DNA of 64,000 bases from Mobula hypostoma (taxonomy: Eukaryota), in contig NC_086127.1 of NCBI RefSeq assembly GCF_963921235.1, positions 6,944,001-7,008,000 on the forward strand, given 5' to 3'. Below are positions 13,000-25,340 of the stretch, piece after piece. The notes beneath the pieces are model-generated. The model did not search any database. It was not told the origin of the DNA and was given only the letters and a program-made list of their open reading frames with translations. Each line of letters begins with the position of its first letter. The stretch's first letter is position 1. A program made the position numbers and the translations under genes.

Positions 13000-14110
13000 A
13001 AATCATGATTTACTGATAGTCTGTTCTGTGAAGAGGAAAATAACTTTATGATAACCTTTGAACGGTTGATATCATTTCAAAAGGCTTTTGACAAGGTGTT
13101 CCACAAGGGGTTAATTATGAAATTACAAGACGCAGGGATTCGGAGTAAGGTGTGCGATGACTGCAGAATTGGCTCAAAAACAGAAAACAGCGGGTGGTGG
13201 CGACCAATCTGATCTGAACAATATCCAGGTGTGGGCAGATAACTGACAGGACACTTAATGTAAGTAAATGTGAAGTATTACATTTCGGACGTCGGAATAT
13301 TAGATGTAAATATATAATGGGGGTCTTGAGTTCGACAGTGCGCTGTATGAAAAGGCTTCGGCCGTCCTGGTAGACTCATCACCATCAACATCTGGACAAT
13401 GCGCAGAAACGATCAGAAAGGCTAATGGAGTATCGGTCTATATAATGCGCTCAGTGGAGTTCAAGGCCAGCGACATCCTCGTTAAACATAGAAACATAGA
13501 AACATAGAAAATAGGTGCAGGAGTAGGCCATTCGGCCCTTCGAACCTGCACCGCCATTTATTATGATCATGGCTGATCATCCAACTCAGAACCCAGCCTT
13601 CCCTCCATACCCACTGACCCCTGTAGCCACAAGGGCCATATCTAACTTCCTTTTAAACATAGCTAATGAACTGGCCTCAACAGTTTGCTGTGGCAGAGAA
13701 TTCCACAGATTCACCACTCTCTGTGTGAAGAAGTTTTTCCTAATCTCGGTCCTAAAAGGCTTCATAACGCGCTGGTGAGGCCATTCCTTGAGTGCTGTGT
13801 ACCGCCTTGATCTCCAATTTGAGTGAGGGATGAGAAGGCATCAGAAACAGTTCAGAGAAGGGCGACTGGACTCATTCCATTTCTGCAGGTGATAAGCTAT
13901 CCAGAAAGATTGAAATAATTAAATCTTTTTAGCACAGGTAGACATAAAATACCAGGAGACATAATAGAGGTGTTCAAAATCATTCTGAGTAGAAGTAAGA
14001 TGGATAACAGCTCAGGAAATATCAAAATTAATCCATCATCAAGTACACAGGGGCCATAGGTGGAGTCTGACTGGAGGAAGATTTCAGACCAAAATCAGGA
14101 AGCGTTTCAG
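13000..14110 (+). mobile_element. Old CR1 RT fragment interrupted by a younger CR1 3' end (about 13484-13760, - strand, (CATAGAAA)n tail)
   Basis: DFQKAFDKV-like coding at 13075-13100; CR1 8-nt tail repeat at 13484-13510. Confidence 0.7.
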
Positions 14111-14499
14111 GTAGGGTCTGTACTATCAAAACCGAGGGAATGCTTCTTGTTCACGAAATATGAGGAAAGACGCGAACTCTACTTGTAACATGGATGAGAG
14201 GGTGGTGATTTGTACAAAGCGATCTCGAATAGCGTTTGGCCATTTTACAAGCCATATCTTCGCTAATTCTGATTACAGCTACAGGCGGAGAAAGGTGACA
14301 AGAGACACTCAAGGTGTGAAATGCACGTCAAAGCTTTGGTAGAAAATCAAACTTATTAGGAATGTTGGAAATAACAGACCGGTCACAATTTAATTTATCG
14401 TAATCTGACTTTTAAACACGTTCAGGCTTGTATTAATAAGGTGTGGCTTCTTTTATGACTTTCCAATTTAAAGCAATATTTCTGGTGAGTGATGTTTAT

Positions 14500-15920
14500 C
14501 ATTTGATCGGCACTGTGTAAGTAATCAGATTGAAGTAAACGATTATAGGATCTTGTAATGTGTTGGATTTTTCATGTTTCTCTCCCTGCATTTCCTGCAT
14601 TAATCGGCTTCAATTTGTTGGTCTTTTATTTTGTATTTTTAATTATTATTTTCTGTGAATCACCTGGACCTGTACTTCTATGACGAACCCTTCCGTTTCC
14701 GGGGAGAGGTCTCCAAATCTGCGCCAGGCGATCGGCGCTTCCTTGTCGACATCTAGTCTGCACAGATGTGGGAGATGTCTTCCATGGAGGGTCATAATCT
14801 CCCACTGGTTAACTTCGTATTCAATAGTGATAATTTCTTCATTTCTAGGGGCTGTGCTCTCATTTATGTTTAGTGTTGTGCAGGTGAGATCAGAATTGCA
14901 TTTACTTGCATGCAGCAATAAATCTTGTTTTTGTTGGAGAAAATATATCTTAGGAAGCATTATCTGAATGATGTGAATTTTTTTTTGTCTGTTATTCCTC
15001 TACCTCCTTCTGTCCGAGACATTGTAATCCAAATGCGTTCGTGTGTACATTGTATTTTCCACATTTGCCATTTAGCTGTAGTTCTACATTTTGAGTTAAT
15101 TGCTTTAGTTCAAATCTGATGAAGGAGCGTAAAAATTTCAAATCGTCCATATATAGGAGGTGTGTCAAGCTATATTTCATTTGATTGTATCTGATGTGAT
15201 ACACGACTTTCTCCCAGTTCAGTAAGTTAGAGAGCGGGATTAAAGCGGGACAAAACCACAGTGGTCTTCCTGAAAAAAATGTCTCCGTCTGTTTTGATAA
15301 GAGTGGCTGCTCTTATTTTGGTTGTTAATAGCCAGGATGGTCATAGTCCTCCAATGCTCATGAGATGTTGGAATTTCACAGTATTATTATTATTGCTGTG
15401 TTTTTAATTTTTCTCAGCTTACGCTAGTAAAACCTGAGACGTAGGCATAGCCAAACACACACATTTGAAATTCTCCAGGAGGTTTCGAACGATTCTAGTG
15501 GTGCTTAATATTGTGGCTTTCTGTAGATTGATTCAAATATTGCCGTTTGCCTACTAGTTCCATGCTACTGTGTAGTGACATTGGGATGGAACCAGTTATA
15601 GATATAAAATTGGGACAACGTACCCTGTAATATTATATCAGGACCGGCATTATGTATTCCATGTCTGCAATAATGGATTCGTCGAAATAGAATTGTATGT
15701 CTCTGACTCCAAAACGGGATCAGGATTGTACATTTAGTAATGCAAGATATCTTTCAAGAGCTTGCATTTTTATGAAAGACTTTAGTGAATTATGCTTGCC
15801 ATCTGTGTAAGTAATCAGATGGAATTAATCATTAGAGGACCGTGTAATGAGCTGGATTGTTTCTGGTTTTCTGCGAGCATTTTCTGCTTTTATCGTCTTG
15901 AATGTGTTGGCCCTTTACTG
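14500..15920 (-). mobile_element. Degenerate R4/Dong-like LINE
   Basis: LTHLLYMDDLK (RT catalytic motif) and LHGRH..DVDKEA..W..GDLSPETEGFVI..Q.QVI. Confidence 0.7.
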
Positions 15921-16570
15921 TGTAGTTTTGATATATTTCTTGTGTTATCCACCTGGTATTGGATTGCTAATTTCTTTTAAATGCTAAAGTTGTCTTAGTA
16001 TTTACAACACACTTTTTTCACACTGATTGTCCACCCCTGAGGGTGCTGTCCCTCATTGATTCTGCTTTGGTTGCTGAATTTCTGGGATTTGTCGTTCATA
16101 AAATGTATCTCAGTGCTCTACTAATATAGTGACATATAGGGACTGTGACATTAAATTTACTTGGACATTTTAACTTTGCATTACATCATCCTTGTTTCTA
16201 TTGATCCGAGAAGATTAGCTGGTCCTTTTCTCCATGGCTGCTCTATATTTTCCCAATGACCTCCCGTGAAGATCTCGACAGTCAAGTGTGAAACTCTTCT
16301 CCTCACTTAATTTCATCTTCATTAACGCATTCATATCCTGGAAGCCTGAAATGCCGACCGTGTGCATACATCAGCCATGTCTCCATAGTCAAGTACCCTC
16401 AGTAGTTAGAATGCGCAAACACCTGCAGATTTCAGCGGATTCACTGGGTAATCTGTCTCAGAGGTGAAGAAAATAATGTTAGCAGTTTTAATAAATCCAT
16501 TGAAGGTCAGAAACTACAAAAATATTTAGGAAAGGCCATCACTTTGCCTCAGAATACAATTTGCCAAATG

Positions 16571-17303
16571 GTCATAGTCATACTTTATTAATCCCGGGGG
16601 AAATAGGTTTTCGTTACAGTTGCTCCATAAATAATAATTAGTAATAGAACCATAAATAGTTAAATAGTAATATGTAAATTATGCCAGTAAATTATGAAAT
16701 AAGTCCAGGACCAGCCTATCGGCTCAGGGTGTCTGACCCTCCAAGGGAGGAGTTGTAAAGTTTGATGGCCACAGGCAGGAATGACTTCCTATGATGCTCA
16801 GTGTTGCATCTCGGTGGAATGAGTCTCTGGCTGAATGTACTCCTGTGCCCACCCAGTACATTATGTAGTGGATGGGAGACATTGACCAAGATGGCATGCA
16901 ACTTAGACAGCATACTACTTTCAGACACCACCGTTAGAGAGTCCAGTTCCATCCCCACAACATCACTGGCCTTACGAATGAGTTTGTTGATTCTGTTGGT
17001 GTCTGCCACCCTCAGCCTGCTGCCCCAGCACACAACAGCAAACATGATAGCACTGGCCACCACAGACTCGTAGAACATCCTCAGCATCGTCCGGCAGATG
17101 TTAAAGGACCTCAGTCTCCTCGGGAAATAGAGACGGCTCTGACCCTCCTTGTAAACAGCCTCAGTGTTCTTTGACCAGTCCAGTTTTTTGTCAATTCGTA
17201 TCCCCAGGTATTTGTAATCCTCCACCATGTCCACACTGACCTCCTGGATGGAAACAGGGGTCACCGGTACCTTAGCTCTCCTCAGGTCTACCACCAGCTC
17301 CTT
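16571..17303 (-). mobile_element. 5'-truncated Rex1/Babar-type LINE (RT C-terminal region plus 3' UTR, (ATGACT)n tail)
   Basis: ORF 16716..17294 YKYLG..ID.KLDW...RLYF.RRLRSF...SHPLH...SFLPVAIKLYN; AATAAA and tail. Confidence 0.88.
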
Positions 17304-17687
17304 AGCTCCTTTTCCATAGGACGTCCCATGGAAAAGGAGCTTTAGAATTGAACCGAAATGCCAATAATGTAAATATTACATTCAAGGTAGAGGAAGTAAC
17401 TCACTGCGAGATAGTTAGCAGTGACATTTAATTGTAGACACGGGACAGTTTTATTCGCTCTACGTGGAGGTGCATCGGGGTAACCGGCGGAATTTCAGAG
17501 CTTGCCCGGTTGAAAGTGTATTGAGGCGTGTATGTGCGTTTAGTCGTCCTGCATTACGTTAGGATTCTATGAACGAAATCATGCGTTTGATGGAAAGATT
17601 TGTGCAGAATTGTTGAACAGACAAATATAATTTAAGATAAACAATTTACAAACATTAACTTCATTTCAGCTTCCATGTATTTGTGTT

Positions 17688-17690
<3 letters not shown>

Positions 17691-17760
<70 letters not shown>
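17691..17760 (+). repeat. (GT)n microsatellite
   Basis: About 34 units. Confidence 0.97.
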
Positions 17761-17762
<2 letters not shown>

Positions 17763-18307
17763 TAACGAGAATAATTAATGCTACCGTGAATGGAGGCTGT
17801 GTGTCCCAACGTGTAAATGTACGACCACATACATTAAGCAATCGCATTAGATCCTGACCGCAGGCCGAAGCTTTGTAGCATGTTCGTCGTGCCGTAGTCT
17901 GTGTTTCCAACGGGCCTTCCATCTTCTTCCAAAATTCCAAAGTCGTGCGAGCTGTCAGTCAAGGTTGGTTCGATCACGTCGACATATCAGGTTAGTAAAC
18001 TGACGCCATTCCCATGTCAGAGCATATCCATCTTATTGATGTCGATTCAGTAAGACCGAGAAAATTGTATTTCCAACTCCACTCGATCAAAGTCGCAATG
18101 TATCATTCAGCAACACGTGGCAGACAGGGAGGTAGGCAGACAGACGGACAGACTGAACTAAGGACAGACTGTGACGAAGAACCAATTTATCAGAAGATTG
18201 ATGCTAATGAGAGAGAGATAAGTGAGACAATGGAGAAACATTCAAAATGCTAATAAGAGAGAAGAGAGAGAATAAAGAGAAAGAAACACATTTCAGAATA
18301 TTGACAG

Positions 18308-19008
18308 ACCGGTTGCTTTGAACCTGAATTGTTTGAAGTTTGATGGACAGGCGATACCCCAGCGGGGGGCGGGGGGGGGGGGAATAAAAAGAACAGGTTC
18401 GCTAAGGCATAGGACACCACGAGTTCACGAGATAACGAGACCCTGGAAGTGTGCCTCCACAAGTTGGTGGAAGTTGGAGGTCTGGTTCGAGGGAACCGAC
18501 CATAGACTGACAGGGTGAAAAGGGACGATCGGCGTGAACCTGGTGTGTGTGTCCGCCCTTGCCTGGGTGCCGGGTTCACCGCAGATTAACGGTCGTATGC
18601 GGAACAGAGGGGGTCACAGTAGGTGACCACAGAAGACATAAAAATGTTCGCCCGAAAGCTAACTGCGAAGAACATCAAAGGTCTGTTTGAATCAAAATTT
18701 GCATTCTCTCTCTCTCTCCAACGGCACAACAGCGATCACTGCGGACTGTACTAAACTGAACTGAACACTGCGTCACTTGAGACTGATCATTTTACCCCTA
18801 AACTGCGATAGAGCTTAGTTGATTCCTATTGCCCTAGTTCTGTGTAGATGTGTGTTTTATCATTGCTAACCTGTTGCATTTATATCCCTACGATTAGAGT
18901 ACTGTGTCACTTATTTCTTTAATAAAACTTTATTACTTTCTGTGAAACCAGACTCCAACTAGTGGTCCATTTCTGCTGGTTTGGCAACCCAGTTATCGGT
19001 ACGTAACA
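18308..19008 (+). mobile_element. Probable partial solo LTR
   Basis: Ends in ...gtacgtaaCA with AATAAA at 18921; interrupts GACA-rich sequence; 5' terminus and TSD not identified. Confidence 0.5.
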
Positions 19009-20053
19009 AGACATACAGGCATAGGGATAGACAGTCAGATAGACGGAGGGACATAGAGATACGTTATACACAATGAACTATAATCTGCAAGTCAGTAAGT
19101 AGGAATGAGGTAAGGGTAGTGGATGGAGACAAAATGTTTTTGTTTTTGCCATTCTTGTGGTCGCAGGAATGGAGGTTCCATTTTGTGAGACTGTATTTGC
19201 AGCCGCCATTAGGTGAACTGTTTGGTGAGCTGGCTCTTGCTCAGGGAAGGCCTAATCAGAGCTAGTAAACGTGGACATAATGAGTGTTTTTTATTCCTGC
19301 TGATGATCTGCTAAACCTGAGACCATATTCGGACAAAACACTGCTCATAATGTTAAATTGCAGGCTTCCAGAAGGAACAGGCTGTGATCTGGTCACCTGG
19401 GCCCCGTGCCTGGCTCAACTGGTTGGTCTAGTTTGATCCAGTCTGAGTTGGAAAGTGCAAAAGAAATGATCTGGATCACAAGTCTGGGAGAAGGAGGCAT
19501 GAAACAGAGCCCCGGGCCTGATGCAGAGAGAATCTGACACAGGTCAGTCGGGCGTGCTTGTCTGAATGAAATCGAAACAACAGAATGATCTGATAAGCAA
19601 AAGGAAACGAATAGAGGAATGCAGGAGAATAGGCAGCGCCAAATTTGCAGACAAACCATCGCCAAAGCGGATGATCCCAAGCCAGAATTATGAAGACTAC
19701 ATCTGTGTGGAAAGGAACTACTAGCCAGTGAAGAATCTATTTCCAATGTATTACCTTTCCTATTCATTGGATTTTGGTTGAGAATAAGGGGAATCTACTG
19801 TGTACACACAGGTATTTCCTCTATAATATTGCACGGATGGTTTCGACCATGGATACTTACGCAGTCAGGAACTCTCGCACAGTTTTGAGAAGTGATTCAC
19901 CCGCCATTATACTACGACAACTAATGCCTCCACCCGTCATTGGCTTGTATAGATCGACCTGTTTTGGCCATAGACATTTGGCAGTTTATGACCCATTATT
20001 TCCTCCAGCGTGAGTCACGTGACGGATGTTGTTTCCTGGTCTGAAACAGTAAC

Positions 20054-21153
20054 TGTCACAAATGGGGCGCTGTTAATGGACCCAAATGCAAGCCTCAGAC
20101 ACTGAAGTACAAGGAACAGGACTTGACTAGAATAGGGACAAGAACGCAGACTTGGGCTAGGACATGGACAAGACAGGGAACCCAGAATAGGAACTATGCA
20201 CTAGGAGCCTGGGCTTGGGCTCCGAGCCAGAGACTGGACAATGACCCAGAATCTGTGTCTTTCCTCGGGCTCGGGCCGTAGAACCAGGCAAGGACATGAC
20301 ATGACTATAGGACGGGACGTGGCTGGGGTCTGGAGGCTTGCGGCTCGAGGCTGGGGTCTTGATCTTGAGGCTTGAGGCTGGGGTCTTGGTCTTGAGGCTT
20401 GATGCTTGGGTCTTGGTCATGAGGCTTGAGGCTGGGCCTTGGTCTTGAGGCTTGAGGCTGGGGTCTTGGTCTTAAGGTTTGAGGCTGGGGTATTGGTCCT
20501 GAGGCTTGAGGTTGTGGTCTTGGTCTTGAGGATTGAAGCTGGGGTCTTGGGTGTTGAGATGCGGAGGCTGATAACTCGGAGGCTGGAACTTGGAGACAGA
20601 CTGGGAACTGTACATCAACATAGAGCCGGGACTAATCCTTCGAAAAGTCGGGACTCATCTTTAACACGACACCAACATGAGACAGGGCAGTACATAGACA
20701 TAGAGCCGGATCTTATACTTAGACAAGCCGGGACTCAACTTCTTCTCCACACAAAGGCGGGACAGGACCATCCGTCGGGTAACGGCAGAATGGCCGGCCT
20801 TACCCAACAGAGTCAAAGACAAGACAGGTTCCCCCGCAGGGCAACGGCAGAACGGCCTGACTTAACCCACGGAGACGAGGACAAGACAAGACAGATTCCC
20901 TCCAGCGCAACGGAAGAATGGCCTGACTTACCCCACGGAGGAGAAGACAGCTGGCCCGAGAAACGGACGAATCCATACCGCAAGCACCGCTCCGATTACC
21001 GATAGCAAGGCTCCATGAAGCGATGCTTCACTAACGCGGCCTAAAGATGGCAAGTGGCCGCTCTGGCCTTCCACCGGCAGGTTGCTCCTAGGGAATCTTG
21101 ACAAGATAAACAGGAAGACCCGAAGTCCTGAGTCCACGGACCGGACCATGACA
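20054..21153 (-). mobile_element. Solo LTR (TGTCA...GGACCATGACA family) with internal 27-bp tandem repeat (about 20345-20550)
   Basis: TG...CA termini; 5-bp TSD GTAAC/GTGAC (1 mismatch); termini shared with 30554-31732 and 35152-36387; strand tentative. Confidence 0.8.
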
Positions 21154-21471
21154 GTGACATAGACTTGTAGAACTCGCAATTTAGTGCATCTGTAAAACAA
21201 ATGTAATGGATGCATGTGCTCTGTCGGTCTCCACATTTGCACCAATTCAAGGGTCATGTGTACGCTGACTGAATTACTTTGCTTTATACGGGTGTGAACT
21301 TGGATGGAAGCTGGTTCAAGAACAGCAAACAATAAACCGAGAGGTGAGTCTAAGACTGGTTCGTAACAACGTTCGCTGACTTCTCGAATCCTCACTATTT
21401 CCTTCTGAGATTTTAAAATTTCGCATTGAGCTGTCCATACTCCATCACATTTGGGATTTTATTTTAATGAC

Positions 21472-21556
21472 ATCATGTTTATTTTTACCCCAGCGGTTGG
21501 AAAACACAGCAGCTACGTGTAGTGTTCAATAATCAGTCTGCTGGAGCGGGTATAAA
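21472..21556 (+). promoter_or_regulatory. Proximal promoter of receptor gene C, TATAAA at 21551-21556
   Basis: Aligns with the gene A and D promoters; TATA about 95 nt before the ATG. Confidence 0.6.
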
Positions 21557-21646
21557 TTAATGACCGGAGACAGTCGTCAGCTCAGAGTTGTTCTTTCTTT
21601 CAGCGAGTTGGCGGGCGGCTGGACGACCGGCGGAATCTCACACAAC

Positions 21647-21713
21647 ATGCTTGAAACGTTTTACAGTGTGAGAAGAATATTTTTCCTGATCATTGCCGTT
21701 ATTGGTGTTCCTG
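21647..21713 (+). CDS. GPR139-like GPCR gene C, exon 1 (MLETFYSVRRIFFLIIAVIGVP)
   Basis: ATG at 21647, donor G|GTAAG at 21713/21714. Confidence 0.88.
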
Positions 21714-23040
21714 GTAAGAACGAACGTTTACAGTTCTGTGTGTCGGGTCTTTGGGCTCGTTCAGTTACCGACAGCGTTGTGATCCTGGTGAAGACATTGT
21801 GACAAAACTCCGTGTTCGTTCAGAAGTTCCCCGAAGTAAAATCCGAGACCGCGGCTGAAAATGAAAACGCAGTAGAGATAGATACAGAGAGGAAGATATG
21901 GGAGATGGGTTCATTTTAAGGATTCACGGCAAGCAGTTTTGGTTTATCAATGCAACACCCACTGTCAGAGTAACCTCCGATAATCCTGTGCACTCGGCAA
22001 ATTTACTCGGTATTATTCCTGATTGATAGCAAATTAAATCTATTGCGCACTATTTTAAGAAATTGCTGCAGGTTCAACTGGAACGCGAGAAGCGAATCCC
22101 CGGAGAGATTCAGGAGAGAGCAATAGACATTACGTGTGAGTTCGACTCCGGTTCTTCGGGAGTTTCGAAAATGCAAATAAGGATCTGATTACGTTCTAGT
22201 GCAGCGGGGTTTGTTTCCACGGCCGATTATCCGTGAAATGGAGGGGCACCTAGCGGTGTCCACTAGAGGGCGGATGGGGTAAAGTACATGAGATACTCTG
22301 CTCTGGAACGGAAAACATCAAACCATTTAGACTAATGCTGCGGTAATTTGGAGGAACCCCTAAACGAGGCAGATGTTTTGAAGTGCCTGTATCATCTTTG
22401 CTTTAGAAACTGGATGTTTTAATCATTAACATGCAAAGTACCTGCAACTTTCAGCGGTACAGGTCGAACCATTAAAATCGAAAACTGGAACTATCTGACA
22501 GAGTGTGAAGGATTTCCGACCAAGAGTCGTTGCAGAATTTAAAAGAAGCGAGCCAAGCAAGGCCACTGTGTGTAGGTAACAAACGGGGAGTCGAAGACAA
22601 TTGAACGGGAGAACAGAAATCGCTTTGAAATTTGTCAATGACCAGAGGCGAAGGGAGCGGGGGTTTGCCGGTGTGCTGAGTCTGCCAGACTATAGTTGAC
22701 GGGAACGCAGCAATCACTGTCGCTGAGAATGTTACCGAGGTTGCTAACGTTGGTAATCTTGCGAAAACCTGATGGTGGGAGATTTATATTGATTTCTCCA
22801 AAGCGCACTCGGCGATCCATTGACAAGACCTACGTCCCAAGCGCTACTCCTCTTGCAGTGCCGAGGGCCGCACTCTTTCACCAAGGATGCACTCGTCTGA
22901 AGTGTCTGCGCACCCGGCTTTACACCTCTTAAATCTCCAGAAATGTGGTTTGTTTGTTCTCAATTTCCAGATTATCTCTGTATTGAGACCCACAGCCGAG
23001 AGCCGGAAATAAACTTGCTTTTTTTTCGCTGTTCCCTCAG

Positions 23041-23951
23041 TGAATTTAGTGGCGATTGTGATCCTGTCCCGGAGAAAGTGCGGACTCTCCTCCTGCACCA
23101 CTCGCTACCTGGTGGCCATGGCAACGGCGGATCTACTCGCCGTCACCTTTGACGTCGTACTGTGGCGGGTGAGTTATTATTACTTCCCCGGGACTTTCCT
23201 GGACATCACCCCCGTGTGCAGTGCGACCTCTGCCCTGGGACTGGCCGGCACAGAAAGTTCTGTCTGGTTCACCGTCACTTTTACGTTTGATCGCTTTGTC
23301 GCTATCTGTTGCCAGAAGAGAAAATCGACATATTGCACCGGGAAAATTGCGGCTGTGGTTCTGACATCAACCGGCGTTCTGCTCTGCTTTAAGAATGTGC
23401 CCCATTTCTTCAGATATCGTCCTGTGAAAGTGGTTGGCAATATACCCTGGGACTGTATTCGAAGGCCTGGCTACTATACTGATCCCGGGTGGTTGGGATA
23501 CAGAATGTTTTCTACCGTTCTAACGCCATTACTCCCGTTCATATTAATACCACTGCTCAACGCTCTGACAGTCAGACACATTCTAGTGACGAGTCGCGTT
23601 CGTAAGGGGCTGAGGGGTCAGAACAAGGAGAAGAACGGCAGTGATCCGGAGATGGAGAGCAGGAGGAGATCTGTGATCTTACTTCTCACCATCTCTGGAA
23701 ATTTCATCATACTGTGGTCGGTAAATGTTACCGAATACCTTTATAACAGCAGTGCTGGACTGGATCAAAATAATTACAACGATGCAGAATACATAGTTGA
23801 ACAGTCCGGATACATGCTGATGATATTAAGCTGTTGCACAAACACGTTTATTTATGGGGTGACTCAGTCCAAGTTCAGAGAGCAGTTCATCAGCGCAGCG
23901 AAATATCCGCTCACGTCAATTATTCAGCTGGTTAATAAACAAAATATCTAA
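23041..23951 (+). CDS. GPR139-like GPCR gene C, exon 2 (spliced protein 325 aa, intact)
   Basis: Acceptor ttccctcag| at 23040; TM1b-TM7 plus helix 8; TFDRF, CCTNTFIY; AATAAA at 24033-24038. Confidence 0.92.
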
Positions 23952-24979
23952 GTTATTCTCAGAGGTGGTCGCAGTGTTTTCCATCTCGACACAACAGAAC
24001 TGTCGGTGATTGGAGAACATGGCAGCCGGGAGAATAAAACTGGCTTGGACCCCGAGAGAGACACACAACACGGGAACAAACCCGTCGGCACCCGTGACCT
24101 GCGCCCTCCACCTCCTGCCAATTATTAAACGTATCCTACATTTTTTTTTTCACCAGACTCCCCCTCTCGTCACCGCCAAACTCCTTTCGATAGTGAACCC
24201 CGCACCCTGGCGTAAATGTGCAGCCATCAACTGAGCTGAAAATACGTGGCTGCTTCGTGACGGACAGAGAACGGAGCACCTCGCGGAAATGCTGCCATTA
24301 CAAGGAGAACGGGAGAGTTCACGCTGAGCGCCCCGGAATTCAATCTGGTCTGAGCCGTGCTCGGAGTGAGCAGGCAGTGCTGTAAAGACAGTTAACTCAC
24401 CACGTCCTTCAACCTGCAATAAGCAGACAACATCCGCGAGAACAGAGACCTTAACTCAGTCCTCTCAGTATTAACACCTTATGGAGCGGCGGTGGCTTGA
24501 AAGAGAGCAGAATCTGCAGTTGTGTCGGAGGAGCACACTGTGAATGCAGTTCTCTACTATAGTCTCACTGTACCCTGGTGTTTTTGTGTGTTTGGTAGTG
24601 TGATGAGATTTCACCCTGATCCGTGTTCTCTGCAACCCTCAGTTCAGTGTTTGACACCCAATACATCCGGCACTGAATCTCCTTTTCATGCGTGTCTGAC
24701 GGAAACGTGAGCAGAATTGTGTTTGAATGTGCAAAATCAGACAACAATTCATTACAACAACTAAAATACAATAACCACTTCAATCAATAAATAAGCAGTA
24801 AATCGCCACATTCCATCCATTTCAAACTTTATGCATATATATTTATTAATCGCTAGTTCACAGTCATTGTACGTATTTATCGTATATATTGCACGTCGCC
24901 CTGCAGGAAAGAGTATCCCAGTCCCAGAGCATGCTGGGTAGAGATGTCTGCGTGAGTTCAAGTTCAAGTTGGAGCCAAG

Positions 24980-25340
24980 CATATTTTAGTGGCCAGTCGA
25001 GTCCGTAAGCGCCTAAGGGGTCAGAACAAAGAGGAGAACATTATTGACCCGGAGATGGAGAAGAGGACGAGATCTGTGGTTTTGCTCTTCACCCTCTCGG
25101 GTAGTTTCATCCTCCTGTGATTGACGTATGTTTTAAATGTCACCTATTATCAGACCACAGGCACAGCAACAGATTTCAGTGATTCTGAATGGATCTTCAA
25201 CCAAGTCGGGATTTTCCTGAGCACCTTCAGCTGCTGCACGAACACATTTATTTACGCCGTGACTCAATCCAAGTTCAGGAAGCAGGTGAAGATCGCGGTG
25301 AAATATCCGCTCAGCTCAGTACTTCGGTTCATTAATAAAG
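24980..25340 (+). pseudogene. GPR139-like pseudogene fragment (ICL3-TM6-TM7-helix 8 only)
   Basis: HILVASRVRKRLRGQNKEENIIDPEMEKRTRSVVLLFTLSGSFILL*LTY...CCTNTFIYAVTQSKFR; TGA replaces the TM6 Trp at 25118-25120; TM1-TM5 absent. Confidence 0.9.

Noticed and set aside
20439-21005. 188-aa ORF with VLRLEAGVL repeats
   Set aside because: Product of the 27-bp tandem repeat inside a solo LTR.
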